Part shown: positions 1 to 6,048 of the stretch, piece by piece
How the letters are laid out: every line of letters starts with the position of its first letter
Numbering within the stretch: position 1 is the stretch's first letter
Assembly (NCBI GenBank): GCA_013329175.1
Contig: DUKR01000080.1
Coordinates: forward strand, 1-33,536
DNA from: Candidatus Woesearchaeota archaeon
Lineage (GTDB): Archaea > Nanobdellota > Nanobdellia > Woesearchaeales > UBA11716
Direction: 5' to 3'
DNA: 33,536 nt
The notes under the pieces: model-generated
Databases searched by the model: none
What the model was told of the DNA's origin: nothing
Seen by the model: only the letters and a program-made list of their open reading frames with translations
Position numbers and translations under genes: made by a program

Positions 1-72
1 CAGACTTTTGCAAAGTTCTCTAATGTTTTCTGCTAGTATTCATCCTAATCGTGATGCGTAGGATGAGGGTTA

Positions 73-1194
73 TTAAACCTTCCTCAGCACATGGACGCTG
101 ACTGTCCCGCCAGCCCCGCCTATGTTCTGCGCAAGAGCAGTCTTTGGGTTAGCAACCTGCCTGTCGCCTGCTTCGCCCCTGAGCTGCTTGGTGAGCTCAT
201 ATATCTGGGCAAGGCCCGTTGCTGAGATGGGATGGCCCTTAGCCTTGAGGCCGCCGGAGGGATTGATGGGCAGTTTTCCGTCAAGGCAAAACGCGCCATC
301 GTCTATCGCATTGCAGGCATGGCCTTTCTTCGCAAAGCCTAAATCCTCGCTGGCAATCAGCTCGACAATGGTGAAGGCGTCATGAAGCTCAGCGACATCA
401 ACGTCGCAAGGCTCGATGCCTGCCATGGCATAAGCGTTTTTTGCTGCCTCAACGGTCGCGTCCCACGACGTGTTGCTGTCGCGCTCAAAGGGGGAGATGT
501 AGTCGGTGCAGAGGTCTGAGCCTGCCACCCTGATGTCGGTCTTGTCTTTAGAGAGGACTGCCGCTGCTGCGCCGTCGACAGATACTGAGCAGTCAAACAT
601 CCGCAGGGGAGAGCAAACCATCGGAGAATCCCGTATCTGCTCAAGCGTTACTTTCTTCTGATAAAAGCGCGCCTTTGGGTTCAGAAATGCGTTATCGTGG
701 TTCTTGAGAGCAATTTTGGCAAGGTGCTCCGTGGTTGATTGCGGGTATGCGCTCATGTACTCCTGGGCAATCAGCGCGTTTTGGGCGGGAAAATTAAGGC
801 CTTCGTCCTGCTCCCATTTTGATTCCGCTGCCATCATGAACTCTTCAGTGATGCTTTCTGTCTTACAGGTCATGAGCTTCTCTGCTCCAATGACAAGGAC
901 GTGGTCAAACTCCTGCTGCTGAGCGAACCAGAACCCTGCGCCAGAGCTCCCGCAGGCAGCGGGCACCCTGATGATGGGCTTGTTGGTGCTGAAGACTGAT
1001 GCGAGCATGCTTGCAAAGTGGCGCTGCTTCTCTATGGAGAAGAACCACTCGATTGAGGAACAAACTATGGCATCTATCTGTGCAAACTTCAGGTCTGCGT
1101 CCTGCAGCGCTTCAAGGGCTGCCTCGTGGGCAAGCTGGTGGGAGAGCTTATCAGAAACTCCAAACTTAGTCATGCCAACGCCTTTGATGTACAT
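73..1194 (-). CDS. Thiolase-superfamily condensing enzyme (archaeal/SCP-x-type acetyl-CoA C-acyltransferase-like), paralog 1
   Basis: 373-aa ORF. It has an N-terminal GVGMTKFG motif, the nucleophile-Cys loop VPAACGSSGAGFW, and the C-terminal thiolase motifs NPSGGLKAKGHPISATG and NIGGAGGT. Only 9 nt separate it from the upstream gene. Confidence 0.85.
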   Translation of the reverse strand: MYIKGVGMTKFGVSDKLSHQLAHEAALEALQDADLKFAQIDAIVCSSIEWFFSIEKQRHFASMLASVFSTNKPIIRVPAACGSSGAGFWFAQQQEFDHVLVIGAEKLMTCKTESITEEFMMAAESKWEQDEGLNFPAQNALIAQEYMSAYPQSTTEHLAKIALKNHDNAFLNPKARFYQKKVTLEQIRDSPMVCSPLRMFDCSVSVDGAAAAVLSKDKTDIRVAGSDLCTDYISPFERDSNTSWDATVEAAKNAYAMAGIEPCDVDVAELHDAFTIVELIASEDLGFAKKGHACNAIDDGAFCLDGKLPINPSGGLKAKGHPISATGLAQIYELTKQLRGEAGDRQVANPKTALAQNIGGAGGTVSVHVLRKV

Positions 1195-1203
1195 GATGGC
1201 CGC

Positions 1204-2340
1204 CTACTCCTGTATCAGTTTTGAGCCTATGGGCTGCTTGATGTCCCTTCGAATCGCGTCAAGCTCGTTTCCTACAAACGAGATGTTCTCAATCTCATAC
1301 GTCCCGTAGCCAAGAGTGCCTGCAAGCTCAACATAAGGCAGCTTCTTTAGGCAGAGCGCCTCCTGTATCGCAGTATCATGGACTACGGGATTGCGGGCTG
1401 CAAAGATGAGGTTGAAAAACCCTGGCTCTCCGTTCATTGCCGGGCCGTTTCCCTGCATGCCGATGGATGCGTCGCCAACGGTAATGAATGGAGGGAACAC
1501 ATGGGGGAATGTTGCCAATGCCAATCCCGCTTTCAGGGGATTTTTGGCAAGCTCATCAAAGGCCTTCTTTGAGAGGAATCTGGTGAGATTCTCAAACGCC
1601 CCGTCAATCCCCAACACGGTGTCGGTCTTGATAACCGGGAGGTTGATGAGAAGGCCAGTTTCGTAGACAGCTTTTGCTATCTCGAAGGTGAACTCGCGCT
1701 CTTTCTTTACAATGAATCCGCCCTTCGCAAGGTCAGCATAGTTCACGCCAAATTCAGTGATGATTTCGGCGATGCCTGATTTCTCAACTGCCTTCTCCAG
1801 AGGCATGAAGAAGCTCTGCTCGGCAATGGTGATGTTCTTTGGCTCTGCCCCTTTTCGTACGAGATAGCTGATGACTGCCCTGATGACTTGGGGATTGGTG
1901 CATATGCCCAAATAGGGGTAGCCAGGGATGCTGAGGTTGGGCTTGAGGAGGATTTTTTGCTTTTTGCTGACTGCAAGACCGCCGATGAGTTCCAGCGCTT
2001 CATCAACAGCCTCGCCAACGTCATATTTTATCCTGACTGCCGCTATGGCATTGTCGCCTGCGTTGGGAATGTCTTCGTAAACGTCACCTAGGCAATAGTC
2101 TTTGATGGTCTTCTTGGGCATGCGGTGGCCGTGCTCATCTTCTAAGATGAGGACATTGTAGGGGACAATGGGGTGGAGGGGATTTGGGATGTGGACCTTT
2201 GTTATGCCGATGACTTTTGTCTTTGTCCCGATGACTTTCTTTATATTCCCGCCGTCATGGATGCATCTCTCAATGGGATGGATATACTTCTTTCCTGAAC
2301 TCTCTCCTACCCAGCGTATGACTCGCACCATTACATTCAC
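1204..2340 (-). CDS. Fusion protein: N-terminal DUF35-like OB fold (acyl-CoA-associated, no zinc ribbon) plus C-terminal DUF362 domain
   Basis: 378-aa ORF. Residues ~35-75 (GTKTKVIGITKVHIPNPLHPIVPYNVLILEDEHGHRM) match the DUF35 OB-fold pattern G-x-G-x-[LV]...T-x-V...PY-x-[LV]-x-[LI]-x-E-[LD]-E-x-G-x-R. The rest carries DUF362-like motifs (ILLKPNLS..., TNPQVIRAVISYLVRKGA, GMQGNGPAMNGEP). It lies between the two thiolase genes with 9-nt gaps on both sides. Confidence 0.6.
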   Translation of the reverse strand: MNVMVRVIRWVGESSGKKYIHPIERCIHDGGNIKKVIGTKTKVIGITKVHIPNPLHPIVPYNVLILEDEHGHRMPKKTIKDYCLGDVYEDIPNAGDNAIAAVRIKYDVGEAVDEALELIGGLAVSKKQKILLKPNLSIPGYPYLGICTNPQVIRAVISYLVRKGAEPKNITIAEQSFFMPLEKAVEKSGIAEIITEFGVNYADLAKGGFIVKKEREFTFEIAKAVYETGLLINLPVIKTDTVLGIDGAFENLTRFLSKKAFDELAKNPLKAGLALATFPHVFPPFITVGDASIGMQGNGPAMNGEPGFFNLIFAARNPVVHDTAIQEALCLKKLPYVELAGTLGYGTYEIENISFVGNELDAIRRDIKQPIGSKLIQE

Positions 2341-2349
2341 CTTTCCTTA

Positions 2350-3492
2350 TCAGCCTGCCACTTTCCTGAAGATGTGGACGATTGAGGTTCCGCCTGCTCC
2401 GCCGACGTTATGGGCAAGGCCAAGCGCTGCACCCTTCACCTGGCGCTCGCCGCACCTGCCCCTGAGCTGGTCAACAATCTCGACTATCTGGGCAACGCCA
2501 GTTGGCGAGATGGGATGGCCTCTTGCCTTGAGGCCGCCAGAAGTATTGGTTGGCATCCTGCCGCCAAGGTTTATTACGCCGCTTCTGACAAAGTCTTTGC
2601 CTTCTCCTTTTTTGCAAAAACCTAAATCTTCATAGGCTATAAGCTCGACGATACTGAAGGCATCGTGAATCTCAGCGACGCTGATGTCACCTTGCTTCAC
2701 TTTGGCCTGCGCAAAGGCTTCTTTTCCTGCCTCAATGGTTGAGCTCCAGACACACATATCCTCCCGCTCAAAGGGAGCGATGTGGTCTGTTGCAAGGCCG
2801 CTTCCAATGACTTCTACTTCCGAAGGTGCGGTTGATATGACTGCTGCTGCTGCTCCGTTGACAGTGAGGGAGCAGTCGTAGAGGGTGAATGGCTCGGCAA
2901 TCATGGGGCCGTTCTTGATTTTTTCCATGGAGACTGGCTTTTTGTAGAAAGGAGCTTTGGGGTTCAATGCGCCGTTGCCATGGTTCTTGAATGCTATCAG
3001 CTCAAGGTCTTCATGGGTAGTGCCAAAGCGGGTGAAGTGCTGCTGGGCAACAAGGGCATTGGCCGCAGGAAATATCAATCCTTCGTCCTGCTCCCATGCA
3101 TTCTCAGACGCGTTCATGATCTCCCTGGTCACCAGTGGCGTGGTTGATGAAGCAACCTTGTCAACGCCGACTATCAGCACAGTCTTGTACCTGAGGCGAA
3201 GGCCTGACCAGAAGGCCGCTCCGCCCCCGCCGCAGACCGCAGGGACGCGGATGATGGGCATCTTTCTCTTGAGCACTGATGACAGGACTGAAGGGAAGTG
3301 GCGCTGGCGGTCATCGTTCATTTTGGTGTCGGAATTGGAAACAACGATTGCGTCAATCTCATCCATGCTTTTCTTTGCGTCTTTCAGGGCAAGTGCGATT
3401 GCCTCATGGGCCATGACTGCCATGGGGATGGAGTCCAGGCTGAACTTAGTCATGCCTACGCCATGCACGAATCGTTTTGGACAGCCTGCCAT
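2350..3492 (-). CDS. Thiolase-superfamily condensing enzyme, paralog 2
   Basis: 380-aa ORF with GVGMTKFS, the Cys loop VPAVCGGGGAAFW, and the motifs TSGGLKARGHPISPTG and NVGGAGGT. It is collinear with the 73-1194 product and shares short stretches of roughly 80% nucleotide identity with it (e.g. 215-260 vs 2497-2545). Confidence 0.85.
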   Translation of the reverse strand: MAGCPKRFVHGVGMTKFSLDSIPMAVMAHEAIALALKDAKKSMDEIDAIVVSNSDTKMNDDRQRHFPSVLSSVLKRKMPIIRVPAVCGGGGAAFWSGLRLRYKTVLIVGVDKVASSTTPLVTREIMNASENAWEQDEGLIFPAANALVAQQHFTRFGTTHEDLELIAFKNHGNGALNPKAPFYKKPVSMEKIKNGPMIAEPFTLYDCSLTVNGAAAAVISTAPSEVEVIGSGLATDHIAPFEREDMCVWSSTIEAGKEAFAQAKVKQGDISVAEIHDAFSIVELIAYEDLGFCKKGEGKDFVRSGVINLGGRMPTNTSGGLKARGHPISPTGVAQIVEIVDQLRGRCGERQVKGAALGLAHNVGGAGGTSIVHIFRKVAG

Positions 3493-3524
3493 TGCACATC
3501 ACTGCTGATTTATTATCACTTCTG

Positions 3525-4022
3525 CTACTTAGCTTTTGAGAACTTTGACCTGAATTCCTGCCTATCCACAATTGCAAGCATGATGGTCGCTTCGGCAGCC
3601 CTGATGCCGCTATGGGAGGCTGATGCGTTGAGCATTGCTCCCTTCTCGTCCATCCCAACAAGCTCTATTTCGAAGGTGAGCTTTGCGCCAGGGAAAGTAG
3701 GAGCCTTGAACCTGGCATCTTTGATCTTGTGTGCAAGGACGTCTTTTGTCTCGTGGTTGTCGAGATTGTACCTGACAAGAAGGGTAGCTGCCTGGCCCAT
3801 GCCTTCCACAATCAATGCCCCTGGCATGATGGGAAATCCCCTGAAGTGGCCTTTGAAGTATGACTCGTTGGGGCTTACCGTTTTTTCTGCCACCAGCTTT
3901 TTCTTGTCAAGCATGGTGACTCTGTCAATGAAGAGGAAAGGCTCATCGTAAGGGATTATCTTCCTAATCGCTTCCTTGTCAAGGCTTCCGTCACTTTTTT
4001 TGAGGTTGTCAATGGATTGCAT
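3525..4022 (-). CDS. FabZ/FabA-like hotdog-fold beta-hydroxyacyl dehydratase
   Basis: 165-aa ORF with the FabZ signature YFKGHFRGFPIMPGALIVEGMGQ (catalytic His and Glu in their usual context). A GAGG sits 7 nt upstream of the ATG on the minus strand. It is the first gene of the minus-strand operon. Confidence 0.75.
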   Translation of the reverse strand: MQSIDNLKKSDGSLDKEAIRKIIPYDEPFLFIDRVTMLDKKKLVAEKTVSPNESYFKGHFRGFPIMPGALIVEGMGQAATLLVRYNLDNHETKDVLAHKIKDARFKAPTFPGAKLTFEIELVGMDEKGAMLNASASHSGIRAAEATIMLAIVDRQEFRSKFSKAK

Positions 4023-4093
4023 AGTGCTGCCTCTGATGGGGGTTTTATCGTCGGTGCTTAACGATAGTTTCTTTTTAAATCATTCGGTTGGCG

Positions 4094-4165
4094 GTAATAG
4101 TTCACCTTTATGACGTTGCCTACCTCTTTCCTCCCGCAGGGCAGTTCAGGCTGGTGAACTATTAC
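4094..4165. promoter_or_regulatory. Perfect 13-bp inverted repeat (GTAATAGTTCACC / GGTGAACTATTAC) with a 46-nt spacer in a divergent intergenic region
   Basis: Read directly: 4094-4106 is the exact reverse complement of 4153-4165. The repeat lies between A/T-rich TATA-like elements at 4072-4080 (minus direction) and 4180-4187 (plus direction). Confidence 0.55.
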
Positions 4166-4179
4166 ACAAAACCATAATA

Positions 4180-4187
4180 ATTAAATA
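4180..4187 (+). promoter_or_regulatory. TATA-box-like element (ATTAAATA) about 30 nt upstream of the ATG at 4213
   Basis: The spacing from the element centre to the ATG is about 29.5 nt, the same as at the other candidate promoters in this window. Confidence 0.4.
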
Positions 4188-4212
4188 GAAAACGGGGAAA
4201 TTCCACCAATAT

Positions 4213-4620
4213 ATGGTGGAGGTAGTCCATATGCCTAATGAAAAAGTAATCAAGATAAAGCCTGCATTCGAGGATGGAAGGGGAAAAATCTCCAACATCA
4301 TTGAGGATAGCTCTATCTCTCACGTTGCGATAATTACTTCAAAGAAAGGAAGCATCAGGGCAAATCACTACCATCCTGAGCAGATCCAGTATGAGTTTCT
4401 CATCAGTGGAAGGTATGAGAGCAGCTCAAAGGACCTAAAGAAAGAGGGCGCAAAAATAGAGAAAATTGTTGTTGAGCCAGGGGATTTAGTTATTACCCCC
4501 CCTATGATAGCACATGCCATGAGGTTTACTGAGGACTCTGTGATGCTGAACATAACGACAGGCAGCAGGGACCCAGAAAAATTCAAAGAGCACACCATCA
4601 AATACGAACTCATAAAGTGA
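4213..4620 (+). CDS. Small cupin-fold protein (sugar ketoisomerase/epimerase-like, WxcM/FdtA-like)
   Basis: 135-aa ORF with cupin motifs (GSIRANHYHPEQIQYEFLISG ... PGDLVITPPMIAHAM). An alternative start at ATG 4231 is preceded by GGTGGAGG 7 nt upstream. The stop codon overlaps the next gene's start (GTGA). Confidence 0.6.
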   Translation: MVEVVHMPNEKVIKIKPAFEDGRGKISNIIEDSSISHVAIITSKKGSIRANHYHPEQIQYEFLISGRYESSSKDLKKEGAKIEKIVVEPGDLVITPPMIAHAMRFTEDSVMLNITTGSRDPEKFKEHTIKYELIK

Positions 4621-5708
4621 AGCCAATGGATGCAATATTCTACGATGACGTAGAGACGATAGCAAAGGCAATTGCTGAGGATGCGCTGGCTCTTGAGGCA
4701 AAGACGCTCCTCATCTCAGGCGGCGCAGGATTTCTTGGCAACTATTTCATTGGGGTAATTGAGTATCTCAACAGCCACGTCCTGAAAACTCCCTGCCATA
4801 TTATCTCCATTGATAACTTCACAAGCGGCGTTTCCTACGCAACAGGAGAAAACAAAGATCTCACCACCATAAGGCACGACATCAAGAATCCACTCTCCAT
4901 TGGCAGGGACGTCCACTTCATTATCCATGCGGCAGGGCTTGCATCCCCAAAATTCTATCGCCAGCACAAGATAGAGACTATTGACGTCGCAACCCTTGGG
5001 ACAAAGAACCTTCTGGAGTTAGCAAGAAAACCCTACGTTGAAAGCATGCTCTATTTCAGCTCAAGTGAGGTGTATGGCGATCCTCATCCTGCATTTATTC
5101 CAACCCCTGAAACCTACTGGGGCAATGTCTCTTTCACCGGCCCACGCTCAAATTACGATGAGTCCAAGAGGCTCGGTGAAGCCATGTGTGTCGCATATTA
5201 CCAGACTTATAACCTCCCCGTCAAGGCAGTGCGCCCATTCAACGTCTACGGCCCAGGCATGAGAATAGATGATTATCGCGTCATCCCCAACTTTGTCAGC
5301 AACCTCTTCAGAGGCAAGCCGCTCCCTGTCTACGGAGGCGGAAACAGGACAAGGACATTCTGCTACGTCACCGACGCGATGACGGGCTTTTTTAAGGTGC
5401 TCTTCTCAACGCACAACGGCGAGGCATTCAATGTGGGCAATGATGACGAGGAAATCAGCATCGTTGAGCTTGCCCACGTGATGAACAGCCTGTTTTCCCC
5501 TGAAAACGGGGTGCAAAAGACCAAAGGGATCAATGACGCCTATGCTGAAGGTGACCCCAGCAGGAGGCTGCCTGACCTTACGAAAATCAGAACGCTGCTG
5601 TCCTACAGCCCTGAGATTGGCCTTAAAACGGGATTGAAGCGGTTCTATGCGTGGGCTAAAGAGAAGTATGGCAACTCGGATTTGCCTGCAACAATCAACT
5701 GCCCGTAG
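4617..5708 (+). CDS. UDP-glucuronate decarboxylase-like extended SDR (UXS / ArnA C-terminal domain family)
   Basis: 363-aa ORF with GGAGFLGNYF Rossmann motif, SSSEVYGDP, and YDESKRLGEAMC (YxxxK). It is collinear with UXS-type enzymes over most of its length (ETYWGNVSFTGPRSNYDESKR, RPFNVYGPGM, PVYGGGNRTRTFCYV). The start is either GTG 4617 or ATG 4626. Confidence 0.75.
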   Translation: MKPMDAIFYDDVETIAKAIAEDALALEAKTLLISGGAGFLGNYFIGVIEYLNSHVLKTPCHIISIDNFTSGVSYATGENKDLTTIRHDIKNPLSIGRDVHFIIHAAGLASPKFYRQHKIETIDVATLGTKNLLELARKPYVESMLYFSSSEVYGDPHPAFIPTPETYWGNVSFTGPRSNYDESKRLGEAMCVAYYQTYNLPVKAVRPFNVYGPGMRIDDYRVIPNFVSNLFRGKPLPVYGGGNRTRTFCYVTDAMTGFFKVLFSTHNGEAFNVGNDDEEISIVELAHVMNSLFSPENGVQKTKGINDAYAEGDPSRRLPDLTKIRTLLSYSPEIGLKTGLKRFYAWAKEKYGNSDLPATINCP

Positions 5709-6048
5709 TTCTTTTTCTGTAAACAAGGAATATCCCAATCCCATAGAGAGCAACAGACAGCACCGCAATCGAGAGATAGATATTGTGAAACAGCCTGTCA
5801 ATAGTCCACAGCAATTGCGAATACACGACAAGACCTATGAACAGCGAAAAAAAGAGCGTTTCATCCCTTTCAATGGGCAAATGCGAGAAAAGCAGAAAAA
5901 AAGGGAGCAGGAAAAAAAGAAAAATGGCAATAAACGCCTTTGCCCCTGTCAAACCAAAGAAGAAAGAGGGAACAAGCAGGAAAAAAAAGATTCCAGCAAT
6001 AATGCTGATTCGGTTCATCTTCAGCTGCGAGATAAGATTGTCAGCCAT
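5695..6048 (-). CDS. Small Phe-rich integral membrane protein with about 4 TM segments
   Basis: Four hydrophobic segments of about 20 residues each (IIAGIFFFLLVPSFFFGLTG, FIAIFLFFLLPFFLLFSHL, LFFSLFIGLVVYSQLLWTI, IYLSIAVLSVALYGIGIFLVY). The ATG at 6048 overlaps the stop of the upstream GT-C gene by 8 nt (ATGGCTGA). Alternative ATGs are at 6093 and 6018. Confidence 0.55.
   Translation of the reverse strand: MADNLISQLKMNRISIIAGIFFFLLVPSFFFGLTGAKAFIAIFLFFLLPFFLLFSHLPIERDETLFFSLFIGLVVYSQLLWTIDRLFHNIYLSIAVLSVALYGIGIFLVYRKRTTGS
5709..5720 (+). terminator. Oligo-T tract (TTCTTTTTCTGT) directly after the UXS-like stop codon
   Basis: A T-rich run starts 1 nt after the TAG at 5706-5708. This resembles an archaeal-type oligo-T terminator. 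It lies inside the 3' end of the convergent small ORF. Confidence 0.3.

Noticed and set aside
41-65. 7-bp stem hairpin (CATCCTA-11 nt-TAGGATG) just downstream of the first thiolase stop.
   Set aside because: The stem is short, the loop is large, and no adjacent T-run occurs on the minus strand. It is not convincing as a terminator, and the window edge prevents evaluating the context.
215-260. Nucleotide-level similarity between 215-260 and 2497-2545 (and between 1163-1185 and 3440-3465) as a possible dispersed repeat element.
   Set aside because: Both copies lie at equivalent positions in the two thiolase paralogs (the GHP motif region and the N-terminus). This is conservation from gene duplication, not a mobile or regulatory repeat.
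2350-3492. The second thiolase-like gene as HMG-CoA synthase, which would make this the standard archaeal mevalonate-entry complex.
   Set aside because: It aligns end to end with the first thiolase (GVGMTKF, Cys loop, GGLKA[KR]GHPIS, N[IV]GGAGGT). It does not show the HMGCS-type Glu/Cys/His motif layout that I would expect. This still needs an HMM check.
2957-3508. Long antisense shadow ORFs, including 2957-3508, 3298-3951, 10621-11112, 8447-8923, 22037-22549, 26505-26942, 32627-33178 and 2168-2635.
   Set aside because: Each lies fully opposite a CDS with strong family motifs. Their translations are low-complexity (Ser/Ala/Pro/Cys-rich) with no recognisable motifs.
4213-4620. The cupin as the missing phosphonate oxygenase (MpnS/HepD) or a Fom4-like epoxidase.
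   Set aside because: At 135 aa with a single cupin barrel, it is much smaller than MpnS/HepD. It is 25 kb away from the phosphonate genes and is translationally coupled to a UXS-like sugar decarboxylase.
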